Positions 50,502-61,302 of a DNA stretch of 64,000 nucleotides are shown here, in pieces. How positions within the stretch are numbered: the first letter of the stretch is position 1; every line of letters begins with the position of its first letter. The position numbers and the translations under genes were made by a program. This DNA is from an uncultured Chroococcidiopsis sp. (GTDB taxonomy: Bacteria > Cyanobacteriota > Cyanobacteriia > Cyanobacteriales > Chroococcidiopsidaceae): positions 204,453 through 268,452 of the forward strand of contig CAXTYC010000004.1 in the NCBI GenBank assembly GCA_964248365.1, read 5' to 3'. The notes below the pieces were generated by a model. That model had not been told where the DNA came from. It saw only the letters and a program-made list of their open reading frames with translations, and searched no databases.

Positions 50502-50903
50502 GTGAAGTACGACGAGTTCATTAAACACGTTCAAACTGTGGCTCAATTGAATTCTCGTGAAGAGGCAGAACGTGCAACCAAGGCAACTTTGGAGACAATT
50601 AAAGAGCGCATTGTTGGCAATGAAGGCAAGGATTTAGCATCACAATTGCCTAAAGAAATTGGACAATATCTCCGAGGCAGAGAAGGAGAGGATGGTCAGC
50701 ACTTCCCACTAGAGGAATTTATTAAGCGTGTGAGTGAAAAGGAAGGGGTAGAACCAACAACAGCTGTAATTCACGCCCGTGCAGTCTTTTGCGTCTTGCA
50801 AGATGCCGTAACTCCTGGTGAGTTTGCAGATGTTCGCGCCAATTTTTCAGATGATTACGCCCAACTATTTGCAACTGGCTCAACTAATCAAATGTCTGAT
50901 TAA
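50502..50903 (+). CDS. DUF2267 domain protein
   Basis: MKYDEFIKHVQ, AERATKATLETIKERI, LASQLP, ARAVF; AGGAG RBS. Confidence 0.85.
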   Translation: MKYDEFIKHVQTVAQLNSREEAERATKATLETIKERIVGNEGKDLASQLPKEIGQYLRGREGEDGQHFPLEEFIKRVSEKEGVEPTTAVIHARAVFCVLQDAVTPGEFADVRANFSDDYAQLFATGSTNQMSD

Positions 50904-50997
50904 TGGTTCATCGTTCATTGTTGATAGTTAAGGAGTTGCTCTTTAATACCATCAACTATAACCCATTAAAAACATAGAAATATAAAAGGGTGCATTC

Positions 50998-52089
50998 ATG
51001 TCTCATCACGGCAGTAATAAAAAAGTTGCTATCCTGATCGAAAATGGCGTAGAAGATGCAGAATTTCAAGTTCCTTATCAAGGACTAAAAATGGCGGGAA
51101 TCGATGTAGTTGTACTCGGTTCACGCATGAACGAAACTTATAAGGGAAAACAAGGTAAAGTTTCCGTACAACCAGACGGTACGACAACTGAAGCAATGGC
51201 ATCTGAGTTCGATGCTGTTGTGATTCCTGGTGGTATGGCTCCAGATAAAATGCGTACTAACCCGAATACAGTACGCTTTGTCCATGAAGCAATGGAGCAA
51301 GGCAAAATTGTTGCTGCTGTTTGTCATGGACCGCAAGTTTTAATTGAAGGCGATTTGCTCAAAGGTAAACAAGCAACTGGCTTTGTTGCCATTCGCAAAG
51401 ACATAATCAATGCTGGAGCAAACTACATCGATGAGCCGCTGGTGATTGACGGTAACTTGATTACGTCCCGTCTACCTGGAGATTTAGCAATTTTCACAGT
51501 AGCTATCCTCAGCCGTCTTGGTTATGGTGGGAAAGAGGCAGCACTGCCTGATATAAATGATACCAATGCCGAATGGTGGAAACTGGCTGATGCTTGGGGT
51601 GGCTCAACTAAGGGTGAGATTGTCAAAGGTTTGAATACAGCGCTGGCTGGTGAACGTTATGGGCAAGAAGCATTTGAGCAATACGCCCAGAAAACATCTG
51701 ATACTCAGTTGCGATCGCTCTTACAAGAGATGATCCAAAACAAAATGCAACACATTCAGAAGTTGGAAGCACGTCTAGCTGATTTGGGTGAAAAACCATC
51801 TTTAGCTGCCAACGCTGCTGATAAGTATGCCAAGGTGAAAACGGCGTTGCAAGGAAGTGACGACACCTTTCTTATCCGTCGCGCTCTTGGGGATATTCAG
51901 ACGGGTGTGGTTGATACTTACGCCTTGTATGCACAATTCACTGATCCTGTATCAACAGCTCTGTTTAGGGACATCTTACGCGACTTATCTACCTACGAGC
52001 GGGATCTGGCAGATCTGTATCGAGGGCGTGTTGGGGCGGATACTGCGCCTGCTAAGCCAACAAGTGGTGCGGCTATGAAGATGTCTTAG
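50998..52089 (+). CDS. DJ-1/PfpI (YhbO-type) protein fused to a ferritin-like domain
   Basis: GVEDAEF, IPGGMAPDKMR, AVCHGPQ, ITSR; helical C-terminal domain LNTALAGE...HIQKLEARL. Confidence 0.88.
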   Translation: MSHHGSNKKVAILIENGVEDAEFQVPYQGLKMAGIDVVVLGSRMNETYKGKQGKVSVQPDGTTTEAMASEFDAVVIPGGMAPDKMRTNPNTVRFVHEAMEQGKIVAAVCHGPQVLIEGDLLKGKQATGFVAIRKDIINAGANYIDEPLVIDGNLITSRLPGDLAIFTVAILSRLGYGGKEAALPDINDTNAEWWKLADAWGGSTKGEIVKGLNTALAGERYGQEAFEQYAQKTSDTQLRSLLQEMIQNKMQHIQKLEARLADLGEKPSLAANAADKYAKVKTALQGSDDTFLIRRALGDIQTGVVDTYALYAQFTDPVSTALFRDILRDLSTYERDLADLYRGRVGADTAPAKPTSGAAMKMS

Positions 52090-52221
52090 ATTTCTAGAGG
52101 GGCTAGGGGCTAGGGGCTAGAGGCTAGGGTTCATAAGTATGTGTTTCCTCATACCTAGTCTTTAATCCCTAATCCCGCCTACATTGCTAATTACTAATTG
52201 CTTTTATCGGAGATTATCAAC

Positions 52222-52911
52222 GTGACTTCAGTTCCAGAGAATCAGTCGAATCAAGCCAATTCTGGTGATTCAGGTGAGGTAGGAAAGTGGGCATCGCTAA
52301 TCGGTGGTGGTGCTATGGTGCTGATGGGGTTGAGACAGCGATCGCTACGGGGTGCTTTGATGGCGATCGCAGGAGGTGGTTTGGCTTACAAAGCGGCAAC
52401 GTCAGAGGGCGGGATTAAAGAAGCTTTGGGCGTAAACAAAGAGATCAAGGTTGAGAAGACTGTCACAATTAATAAGCCGGCGGATGAGCTTTATCGTTTT
52501 TGGCACAATTTTGAAAATCTGCCAAACTTCATGAACCATCTCAAGTCGGTGAAGGTAATTGATAACAAGCGCTCGCATTGGGTAGCAAATGCGCCTTTGG
52601 GTGCAAGTGTCGAATGGGATGCAGAGATTATTGAAGATCGGGAGAATGAGTTTATTTCCTGGGCTTCGGTGGAAGGGGCAGATGTTGATAACTCTGGTTT
52701 TGTCCGATTTAAGCCAGCACCAGGCGATCGTGGTACTGAAGTCAAGGTAGTAATTGAATATGCACCGCCAGGGGGAGCATTAACAGCAGCTGTAGCTAAA
52801 CTGTTTGGCGAAGAACCAGAACAGCAAATCGGTGACGAACTGCGCCGCTTCAAAATGCTGATGGAAGCAGGGGAAATCGCCACTACAGAAGGGCAACCAA
52901 AAGGAAGTTGA
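52222..52911 (+). CDS. SRPBCC cyclase/dehydrase family protein with N-terminal membrane hairpin
   Basis: VEKTVTINKP, FWHNFENLPNFM, RSHW, WDAEI, LRRFKMLMEAGEIATT. Confidence 0.88.
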   Translation: MTSVPENQSNQANSGDSGEVGKWASLIGGGAMVLMGLRQRSLRGALMAIAGGGLAYKAATSEGGIKEALGVNKEIKVEKTVTINKPADELYRFWHNFENLPNFMNHLKSVKVIDNKRSHWVANAPLGASVEWDAEIIEDRENEFISWASVEGADVDNSGFVRFKPAPGDRGTEVKVVIEYAPPGGALTAAVAKLFGEEPEQQIGDELRRFKMLMEAGEIATTEGQPKGS

Positions 52912-53133
52912 AGCAGAAAGGGTAAAGGTTGAAGGTTAAAGGGTAAAGGGTAAAAGCTAAAGGCTAAAGGTTAAAGGTTAAAGGTTCAAACTTCATCCTT
53001 CATCCTACCCAAAGAGTGCGGCTTCGCCTACATCCTTCACACTTGATCCTTCACACTTCATCCTTCATCCTTCAAACTTTATACTTCATCTTTTTAATCC
53101 AAAGTCCAAAATCTAAAATCCAAAATCATCAAT

Positions 53134-54303
53134 ATGAAAGCTGTTTGCTGGCAAGGCGCTAATAAGGTGCAAGTAGATACAGTGCCAGACCCGAAGATCC
53201 TCAACCCGCGTGATGCCATTCTTAAAGTTACATCAACAGCGATTTGTGGCTCCGATCTGCACATTTACGGCGGCTATATTCCCACAGTGCAAAAAGGTGA
53301 CATTATTGGTCACGAGTTTATGGGGGAAATTGTCGAAGTTGGTAGTGGAGTAAATAATTTAAAAGTAGGCGATCGCGTCGTCGTTCCTTCTACGATTGGC
53401 TGTGGTAACTGCTTCTATTGCCAACGCGATATGTGGTCGCTTTGTGATAACTCAAACCCGAATGGCTGGATGCAAGAAAAGTTGTGGGGCGGGATCACGT
53501 CGGCAATTTACGGCTACTCCCACTTATTAGGCGGCTATGCAGGCGCTCAAGCTGAATACGTCCGCGTACCGTTTGCGGATGTTGGTGTCGTTAAAGTCCC
53601 CAAAGACATACCAGATGAGAAGCTGTTATTTATTTCCGATGCTATTCCCACTGGCTACATGGGTGCAGAGTTATGCAATATTCAACCAGGGGATACTGTA
53701 GCTGTCTGGGGTTGTGGCGCTGTGGGTATATTTGCCATGATCAGTGCCTATATGATGGGTGCAGAGCGCGTTATTGCCATTGACCGCTTTCCCGAACGCT
53801 TAGAAATGGCAAAAAAATACGCCAAAGTCGAAGTGATTAACTACGAAGAAGTTAGTGCTGGCGATGCACTTAAGGAAATGACGGGCGGACGTGGTCCAGA
53901 TTGCTGTCTTGACGCAGTAGGCTTAGAAGCACATGGTGTGGGTGTAGAAGACTTTTATGACCAGACAAAACAAAAGTTAAAGCTGGAAACAGACCGTCCT
54001 CACGTTTTACGAGAAATGATGGTCGCTTGTCGTAAAGGCGGCACGCTTTCAGTTATGGGTGTTTACGGCGGCTTCGTGGACAAAATGCCATTTGGTGCGC
54101 TCATGAATAAGGGCTTGACCATGAGAGCGGGGCAAATGCACGGTCAGAAGTATATGCATAAGTTACTGGATCTAGTTTTAAATGGAGAACTCGATCCATC
54201 TTTTGTTGTTACCCATCAATTACCGCTAGAACAAGCGCCCCACGGCTACAAGATTTTTCAGCAGAAACAAGACAACTGCGTCAAGGTTGTACTCAAACCC
54301 TAA
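53134..54303 (+). CDS. Zn-dependent alcohol/formaldehyde dehydrogenase-like protein (YbdR type), copy 1
   Basis: ICGSDLH, GHEFMG, CGNCFYC...LCDN, WGCGAVG. Confidence 0.92.
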   Translation: MKAVCWQGANKVQVDTVPDPKILNPRDAILKVTSTAICGSDLHIYGGYIPTVQKGDIIGHEFMGEIVEVGSGVNNLKVGDRVVVPSTIGCGNCFYCQRDMWSLCDNSNPNGWMQEKLWGGITSAIYGYSHLLGGYAGAQAEYVRVPFADVGVVKVPKDIPDEKLLFISDAIPTGYMGAELCNIQPGDTVAVWGCGAVGIFAMISAYMMGAERVIAIDRFPERLEMAKKYAKVEVINYEEVSAGDALKEMTGGRGPDCCLDAVGLEAHGVGVEDFYDQTKQKLKLETDRPHVLREMMVACRKGGTLSVMGVYGGFVDKMPFGALMNKGLTMRAGQMHGQKYMHKLLDLVLNGELDPSFVVTHQLPLEQAPHGYKIFQQKQDNCVKVVLKP

Positions 54304-54405
54304 GCAGGCAAGAGGTAAGAGGCAAGAGGTAAAGAAGCTAGTAAATATACTCTCCCCCGCTTCTGGTTATTTCTCTACTCACTCTCCACTACTCACTAAT
54401 TCCTG

Positions 54406-54672
54406 ATGAAAGCAGTTTGCTGGCACGGTACTACCAAAGTGCGAGTCGAAACAGTACCCGATCCAAAAATCATTAATCCGCGTGATGCTGTTATTAAGAT
54501 TACATCGACGGCAATTTGTGGTTCTGATTTACATCTTGATGACGGCTACAACCCAATGATGAAGTCGGGGGATATCCTGGGTCATGAGTTTATGGGGGAG
54601 GTTGTTGAAATTGGCAGTGAAGTCAAGAAATTACAAAAGGGCGATCGCGTGGTTGTCTCTTCCATCGTTGGA
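54406..54672 (+). pseudogene. Truncated Zn-dependent dehydrogenase (N-terminal about 88 codons only)
   Basis: Closely matches the 5' end of 55819-56985; similarity ends after GDRVVV; ORF runs on into unrelated sequence to 54774. Confidence 0.85.
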
Positions 54673-54801
54673 AAGAAGCAATCATACTGCTGCCTTTCTA
54701 GGATTGTAAGAATTGCAAGCACACAATCCATGCAGACTGTCGGTAGCGAGAGAAAAGCAAGCCACAGCAAGTGAGCGTGGAATAGTTACATAGGAGTTTA
54801 G

Positions 54802-55608
54802 ATGGTTATGGACAGTTCGTTGACTCGACCCTTGGCTGTTGTAACGGGTGCTTCTAGCGGCATCGGCTATGAACTTGCCAAACAGTTCGCCCAAAACGGC
54901 TTTGATCTGGTCGTCACAGCTAGTGGATCGAGCCTTAATGAAGCTGCTTCTTCCTTCGAGGGATTGGGAGCCAAGGTTGAGACGGTGCAGGCAGATCTCG
55001 CCACTTATGACGGGGTAGAAACGCTCTACAACAAGATTAAGGCGACTGGTCGAGCTGTGGATGCGATCGCAATTAACGCAGGTGTCGGGGTTGGCGGTGA
55101 GTTCGCCCAGACAGACCTGAAGGACGAACTCAATCTGATTAACCTGAACGTCGTGTCGTCCGTTCATCTCGCCAAACGGGTGGTGAAGGATATGGTTGAG
55201 CGCGGTAATGGTCGTATCCTCTTTACGTCGTCGATCGCTGCCTTGATGCCTGGACCATTTGAGGCTGTCTACGCGGCTTCCAAGGCGTTTATACACTCCT
55301 TCTCAGAAGCGCTACGCAACGAGTTGAAGGATACGGGTGTCACTGTCACCGCGCTCATGCCTGGACCGACCGATACCAATTTCTTCCACCGTGCGGGTAT
55401 GGACGACACCAAGGTGGGCGCGAGTGAGAAAGATGATCCAGCCCAGGTTGCGAAGCAGGGTTTCGACGCGCTGATGGCAGGCAAAGATGGTATCCTCGCA
55501 GGTTCGCTCAAGACGAAACTTCAAGGTACTGTAGCCAAGGTCTTGCCTGATACGCTCAATGCTGAACAACATCGCAAGCTTAGTGAGCCAGGGTCAGCTA
55601 ACAAGTAG
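54802..55608 (+). CDS. Short-chain dehydrogenase/reductase
   Basis: TGASSGIG, INAGVG, YAASK, PGPTDT. Confidence 0.92.
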   Translation: MVMDSSLTRPLAVVTGASSGIGYELAKQFAQNGFDLVVTASGSSLNEAASSFEGLGAKVETVQADLATYDGVETLYNKIKATGRAVDAIAINAGVGVGGEFAQTDLKDELNLINLNVVSSVHLAKRVVKDMVERGNGRILFTSSIAALMPGPFEAVYAASKAFIHSFSEALRNELKDTGVTVTALMPGPTDTNFFHRAGMDDTKVGASEKDDPAQVAKQGFDALMAGKDGILAGSLKTKLQGTVAKVLPDTLNAEQHRKLSEPGSANK

Positions 55609-55818
55609 CTCGAAGCCATAGGGAAAAGGGAAAAGGTTAAAGGGTAAAGGGTAAAGGGAAAGGGGAAAAGGTAAAAGGGGAAAGGTAAAAGGGAAAGAAT
55701 TAAATATTCTCTCGTGGGTCTCCTGTCTTCTGTCTCCTTCCTACTTCAAACTTCATCCTTCATCATTCATCCTTCAAACTTTATACTTCATCTTTTTAAT
55801 CTAAAATCCAAAATCGAT

Positions 55819-56985
55819 ATGAAAGCAGTTTGCTGGCATGGTACTACCGACGTGCGGGTTGAAACAGTACCCGATCCAAAAATCATTAATCCGCGTGATG
55901 CTGTTGTAAAAATCACGACAACGGCGATTTGCGGTTCTGATTTACATCTTTATGACGGCTACAACCCAACGATGAAATCAGGTGATATCCTGGGTCATGA
56001 GTTTATGGGGGAGGTTGTCGAGTTAGGCAGCGCCGTCAAGAATGTTAAGATAGGCGATCGCGTGGTTGTCCCCTTCACCATCTCCTGCGGATCGTGTTTT
56101 TTCTGCAACCGCGATTTATGGTCGCTGTGCGATAACTCCAACCCCAACGCTTGGATGGCGGAAAAACTCATGGGTTATTCTCCATCTGGTCTTTTCGGCT
56201 ACTCCCATCTGACAGGTGGCTACGCTGGCGGTCAAGCTGAATATGCCCGTGTTCCCTTTGCAGATGTTGGTTTGTTCAAGATTCCTGATGGACTGAGTGA
56301 CGAACAAGTAGTGTTTCTCACAGATATCTTCCCGACTGGATATATGGCAGCGGAAAACTGCGATATTAAACCTGGAGATACTGTAGCAATTTGGGGCTGT
56401 GGTCCTGTTGGACTGTTCGCTATCAAGAGTGCCTATATGCTGGGTGCTGGGCGTGTAATTGCGATCGATCGAGTTCCCGAACGCCTCCAGATGGCTAAAG
56501 AACAAGGCGCAGAAGTGCTTAATTATGAGGAAATAGAAGTAGGTGAAGCCCTCAAAGAAATGACAGGTGGGCGCGGTCCAGATGCTTGCATGGATGCTGT
56601 GGGAATGGAAGCACATGGTATGGGTTTGGAAGGCTTCTACGACCAGGTAAAGCAAGCGGTACGTCTAGAAACCGATCGCCCAAATGTACTGCGTCAAGCG
56701 ATCGTTGCCTGTCGCAAGGGTGGAACCGTGTCAGTACCTGGTGTTTACACTGGCTTTGTAGACAAGATACCGATGGGTGCTTTCATGAACAAAGCTCTGA
56801 CAATGAAAACAGGACAAACGCACGTTCATCGATACTTTCAACCGTTACTTGAACGCATTCAAAATGGCGAAATCGATCCATCTTTCATTATAACCCATCG
56901 CCTACCTTTAGAACAAGCACCACACGGCTACGAGATTTTCAAGCATAAGAAAGACAACTGCATTAAGGTTGTACTTAAGCCATGA
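55819..56985 (+). CDS. Zn-dependent dehydrogenase (YbdR type), copy 2
   Basis: ICGSDLH, GHEFMG, CGSCFFC, WGCGPVG; the upstream in-frame extension is repeat-derived. Confidence 0.92.
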   Translation: MKAVCWHGTTDVRVETVPDPKIINPRDAVVKITTTAICGSDLHLYDGYNPTMKSGDILGHEFMGEVVELGSAVKNVKIGDRVVVPFTISCGSCFFCNRDLWSLCDNSNPNAWMAEKLMGYSPSGLFGYSHLTGGYAGGQAEYARVPFADVGLFKIPDGLSDEQVVFLTDIFPTGYMAAENCDIKPGDTVAIWGCGPVGLFAIKSAYMLGAGRVIAIDRVPERLQMAKEQGAEVLNYEEIEVGEALKEMTGGRGPDACMDAVGMEAHGMGLEGFYDQVKQAVRLETDRPNVLRQAIVACRKGGTVSVPGVYTGFVDKIPMGAFMNKALTMKTGQTHVHRYFQPLLERIQNGEIDPSFIITHRLPLEQAPHGYEIFKHKKDNCIKVVLKP

Positions 56986-58256
56986 GAAGACAGAATCCAG
57001 AAGTCAGAATTTACAAGTCACAAGGAGACACAGACAAGCAGACAAGGGGAACAAAAAGACAAAGAAAACTCTCAATTATTCTGGTCACTGTCGTGAGTCT
57101 TCTTGCTTCAATGTGGCTACTATCCACTAATGGCTTTGTATCTCCTGCTTACTCTCAAGAGCGGCAGAACCTACCCCAAGAAAAAACTGTTGGTAAGTTT
57201 GAATCAGTTGCCTCTTTTTATGGAGCAATGCCTACTGGGGTAACAGTGTCTCAAGGTGGTCGCATTTTTGTCAACTTCCCGCGCTGGGGTGACAAGGTAG
57301 ATTACACAGTTGCGGAAGTAAAAAATGGTCAAACAGTAGCATATCCAAATGCCAATATCAACCGCCCAAACACTAGCAACCAGTCAGAATCTTTGATTTC
57401 TGTGCAAAGTGTGGTAGTCGATCCGCAAGACCGTTTGTGGATTTTGGATACAGGAAGCATTGAATTTGCTCCAACTTCCTACGGTGGACCTAAATTAATT
57501 GGTGTTGACTTGAAAACGAACCGCATTTTCAAGAAAATCCTGTTTCCCCAGGAAGTGGCGTTACCAACCACATACCTAAATGATATCCGCTTCGATCTGC
57601 GGCGCGGTAAAGCAGGGTTGGCTTTCATTACCGATTCGTCAATGAATGGTGCTAATGGCATCATTGTTGTAGATTTGGATTCGGGTAAAAGTTGGCGAAA
57701 ATTAAACGACCATCCCTCCACCAAAGCTGAGCCAAATTTCCTTCCTTTGGTAGAGGGACAGCCAGTTATGAACCGACCACCCAATCAGCCACCCAGCCCA
57801 CTTAAGCTAGGTTCGGATGGAATTGCTATTAGTGCAGATGGAGAGCGTTTATTCTACTGTCCTCTGGCTGGTCGTAGGCTATATAGTGTCAGTGTAGATG
57901 CTTTAGCTTCGGAACAACAAAGTGATGAGCAAGTAGCCAAAACTGTAGTTGACGAAGGCGATAAGGGCGGTGGTTCTGATGGTTTGGAATCTGATGCCCA
58001 AAATCGAGTTTATCTGACGAGCTACGAACATAATGCCATTTTGCGGCGATCGCCTGATGGTATGTATGAAACTATAGTCCACGATCCGCGTGTATTGTGG
58101 CCCGATACAATGTCTGTAGCTGATGATGGCTACCTCTATTTCACAGCTAATCAACTACACCGCCAGCCTCAATATCATCAAGGTAAGGACTTGCGCGAGA
58201 AACCCTATAGCCTGTTTCGTACCCGCATTAATGCCCAACCCGTTCGGTTACGGTGA
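56982..58256 (+). CDS. Major royal jelly protein/yellow family beta-propeller, exported
   Basis: [47 protein letters not shown]-terminal hydrophobic segment. Confidence 0.85.
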   Translation: MRRQNPEVRIYKSQGDTDKQTRGTKRQRKLSIILVTVVSLLASMWLLSTNGFVSPAYSQERQNLPQEKTVGKFESVASFYGAMPTGVTVSQGGRIFVNFPRWGDKVDYTVAEVKNGQTVAYPNANINRPNTSNQSESLISVQSVVVDPQDRLWILDTGSIEFAPTSYGGPKLIGVDLKTNRIFKKILFPQEVALPTTYLNDIRFDLRRGKAGLAFITDSSMNGANGIIVVDLDSGKSWRKLNDHPSTKAEPNFLPLVEGQPVMNRPPNQPPSPLKLGSDGIAISADGERLFYCPLAGRRLYSVSVDALASEQQSDEQVAKTVVDEGDKGGGSDGLESDAQNRVYLTSYEHNAILRRSPDGMYETIVHDPRVLWPDTMSVADDGYLYFTANQLHRQPQYHQGKDLREKPYSLFRTRINAQPVRLR

Positions 58257-58318
58257 CAGTAAAGGCATGGCAGTGCCATGCCTCTAAGTCGCCCTTATTT
58301 GCTTACAGGCAAAATCCT

Positions 58319-59479
58319 ATGTTTGATTTGGTGAAGGAACTTACACGCCGCACTCTTTTGCATAGAGCAGGTTTAATAACACTGGGGATCGCTGGCATAG
58401 GGAGTGTTGTCAAACCCGCCCGTACCTTAGCCCAAACAACTACACCGCCAAAACCACCCGAAAAGAGATTGGGTTGGGCAATTGTGGGCTTAGGCAAGTT
58501 TGCTACACAACAGATTATCCCATCCTTTGGTGAATGCAAAAGCTCAAAACTAGTTGCCTTGGTTAGTGGAACGCCTGATAAAGCGCAAAGAATAGCAAAG
58601 CAATACGGTGTAAATCCAAAGAATATATACAACTACCAGAACTACGATTCTATCCGCAACAACCCAGAGGTAGATATTATCTACATTGTGTTGCCAAATG
58701 GGTTACACGCCGAATATACAATACGCGGCGCACAGGCACTTAAGCACATTATGTGTGAAAAGCCGATGGCAACCACAGTTACAGAATGTCAACAGATGAT
58801 CGATGCTTGTAAGAAAGCTGGGCGTAAACTGATGATTGCCTACCGCGCTCAGTATGAACCTTATAATTTAGCAGCGATCGCAATTGCTCAGAAAAAAGAA
58901 TTGGGTATCCTCAAGGCGATCGTAGCAGATCACGGGCGCAACCTTGACCCCAAAGACCCAGCCGATCAGTGGCGGATGAATAAAAAACTAGCTGGTGGTG
59001 GTTCCCTGTTTGACATTGGCATTTATAGCTTGCAAGCTACCCGATACATCACTGGCGAAGAACCAATAGAAATTAGCGCCATGATGTACAGCACCCGTAA
59101 CGATCCCCGTTTTAAGGAAGTAGAGGAAAACGTCAATTTCATGCTGCGTTTTCCCAGTGGTGTCCTAGCTAACTGTACATCAAGTTATGGCTACGCAGAT
59201 GTTAAACGCTATCAGGTAATGGGGTCAAAAGGTACTTTAGAACTAGATCCAGCAACAGACTACTACCAACATCATTTGTACGTCGAGCAAGGCAAAGTAA
59301 GGGAAGAACGAAATATCCCACCCCAAAACTCTTTTGCTCTAGAAATGGATCACCTATCCGAGTGCGTGATGCAGAACCAACCGCCCAAAACTCCTGGTGA
59401 AGAAGGATTGCAGGATATCAGGTTGATGACGGCGATTTATGAAGCGGCTCAAAAGAGTCGCACGATTAAGCTTTCTTAA
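58319..59479 (+). CDS. Gfo/Idh/MocA oxidoreductase (glucose-fructose oxidoreductase-like) with Tat signal
   Basis: TRRTLL twin-arginine leader; GWAIVGLG, LPNGLHAE, CEKPMA, GGGSLFDIGIY. Confidence 0.88.
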   Translation: MFDLVKELTRRTLLHRAGLITLGIAGIGSVVKPARTLAQTTTPPKPPEKRLGWAIVGLGKFATQQIIPSFGECKSSKLVALVSGTPDKAQRIAKQYGVNPKNIYNYQNYDSIRNNPEVDIIYIVLPNGLHAEYTIRGAQALKHIMCEKPMATTVTECQQMIDACKKAGRKLMIAYRAQYEPYNLAAIAIAQKKELGILKAIVADHGRNLDPKDPADQWRMNKKLAGGGSLFDIGIYSLQATRYITGEEPIEISAMMYSTRNDPRFKEVEENVNFMLRFPSGVLANCTSSYGYADVKRYQVMGSKGTLELDPATDYYQHHLYVEQGKVREERNIPPQNSFALEMDHLSECVMQNQPPKTPGEEGLQDIRLMTAIYEAAQKSRTIKLS

Positions 59480-59568
59480 ACAGTACTCCTAAAGGGGATG
59501 CATAGATAGCGATCGCTCACTTACTCGTATTATCCCACAGTTTTAAGTCAAAAAATGGAGGTAAGATC

Positions 59569-60783
59569 ATGAAAGCAGTTGTTTTTCACGGAATTGGTGA
59601 CATTCGTCTAGATGATGTGCCTGAACCGAAGATTCAAGAACCGTCGGATGCTATTATACGTCTCACGGCTAGCGCTATTTGCGGTACTGACCTACACATG
59701 ATTCGTGGCACAATGCCAGGAATGAAGCCAGGGACAATTTTAGGTCATGAGGGAGTTGGAGTTGTTGAGGAAATTGGATCTAACGTTCGCAATTTGAAAG
59801 TAGGCGATCGCGTAGTTATTCCTTCCACCATCGGCTGTGGCTATTGTTCTTATTGTCGCACTGGCTATTATTCCCAATGTGACAATGCTAATCCAAATGG
59901 ACCGAGTGCCGGAACTGCCTTTTTTGGTGGACCAGAAGAAACTGGATCTTTTCAAGGCTTACAAGCTGAATATGCACGTATCCCTTACGCTAATGTGGGG
60001 CTGGTCAAACTACCCCAGGGTGTAAGTGATGATCAGGCAATCATGATATCTGATATTTTCCCCACTGCTTACTTTGGGGCAGAAATAGCCGAGATTACAC
60101 CTGGGGATACAGTTGCAGTTTTTGGCTGTGGTCCGGTGGGATTATTTGCGATCGCTAGCGCCCAACTTCTCGGTGCAGGTCGCATCTTAGCCGTAGATAC
60201 TATTGCCTCGCGTCTGGAAATGGCAAGAGATCTGGGGGCTGAGGTGATTAACTTTGATGCTGAAGATCCGGTTGAGACAATTCAAAGTTTGACTGGGGGT
60301 ATTGGTGTTGATCGCGCGATCGATGCAGTTGGTGTTGACTCAAATCAAGCGCATCAAGGTCCCGCCGCCCAACAGATGCAGCAGCAGAAACAGGAGTTGG
60401 AACAGGAACAGAGGCAAATTGCCCCTAAAACAAATCCGCAAGGCGACAACTGGCATCCTGGGGATGGTTCATCTGTAGCGGTGACATGGGCAGTTCAGGC
60501 ATTAGCCAAGGCTGGAACTCTTTCAATCATTGGGGTTTATCCACAAACACATCGCTTCTTCCCTCTGGGTATGGCGATGAATAAGAACCTGACAATCAAT
60601 ATGGGAAATTGCAACCATCGCGCATATATTCCCAGGCTTGTCGATTTGGTTGAAAGTGGAGCGATCGATCCACTAAATATCCTCACACAGCGAGAACCAC
60701 TGACAGGGGCGATTGAGGCTTATAAGGCTTTTGATCGCAGACAACCAGGCTGGGTCAAGGTTGAACTAATACCAGGGAAGTAG
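59569..60783 (+). CDS. Zn-dependent dehydrogenase, copy 3 (more divergent)
   Basis: ICGTDLH, GHEGVG, CGYCSYC, FGCGPVG; GGAGG RBS. Confidence 0.92.
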   Translation: MKAVVFHGIGDIRLDDVPEPKIQEPSDAIIRLTASAICGTDLHMIRGTMPGMKPGTILGHEGVGVVEEIGSNVRNLKVGDRVVIPSTIGCGYCSYCRTGYYSQCDNANPNGPSAGTAFFGGPEETGSFQGLQAEYARIPYANVGLVKLPQGVSDDQAIMISDIFPTAYFGAEIAEITPGDTVAVFGCGPVGLFAIASAQLLGAGRILAVDTIASRLEMARDLGAEVINFDAEDPVETIQSLTGGIGVDRAIDAVGVDSNQAHQGPAAQQMQQQKQELEQEQRQIAPKTNPQGDNWHPGDGSSVAVTWAVQALAKAGTLSIIGVYPQTHRFFPLGMAMNKNLTINMGNCNHRAYIPRLVDLVESGAIDPLNILTQREPLTGAIEAYKAFDRRQPGWVKVELIPGK

Positions 60784-60843
60784 TAACTAGTTTTACAGCA
60801 GAACAGGCGATCGCGCTAAAAATAAAATAAACAGGATGCAAAC

Positions 60844-61185
60844 ATGAGTGATACAAGCGTCAAGAAAGTAGATTCCTCTAATTCCCCTAAAGGACAACTG
60901 GGTCAGAAGTATCTCGCTTCTGGTAAATCTGTCTCTATGCGACTTTGGGAAAACGAGCAGCCTGATGAACCAAAGCCTCCATCTACACGCGAATATGAAA
61001 CTGTAGGCTATGTAATTAGCGGTCGGGCTGAATTACACATTGAAGGTCAAATGGTGTTGTTAGAACCAGGAGACTCTTGGGTTGTCCCTAAAGGCTCATC
61101 CCACACCTACAAGATTCTCGAATCTTTCACAGCAGTAGAAGCAACTAGCCCTCCCGCACAAGTTCATGGGCGAGACGAATCATAA
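60844..61185 (+). CDS. Cupin domain protein
   Basis: YETVGYVISGRAELHIEG...LEPGDSWVVPKGSSHTY. Confidence 0.88.
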   Translation: MSDTSVKKVDSSNSPKGQLGQKYLASGKSVSMRLWENEQPDEPKPPSTREYETVGYVISGRAELHIEGQMVLLEPGDSWVVPKGSSHTYKILESFTAVEATSPPAQVHGRDES

Positions 61186-61268
61186 TTCGTAAATAGCGAT
61201 TAGCTATTAGCTGGCGCGCGGTTGGCTAATCGCTTTTATTTAGATTTAATTAGTTGCTTTCCATTAGT

Positions 61269-61302
61269 AAACCGCTACTTTTTAGCAGCGGTTTTGTTTT
61301 TT
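61269..61302 (+). terminator. Probable intrinsic terminator after the cupin gene
   Basis: AAACCGCT-N10-AGCGGTTT followed by TGTTTTTT. Confidence 0.6.

Noticed and set aside
55714..55818. N-terminal extension of Zn-dehydrogenase copy 2, and similar extensions at 27253, 41273 and 58253
   Set aside because: Encoded by intergenic or repeat DNA; paralogs and signal peptides point to the downstream ATG
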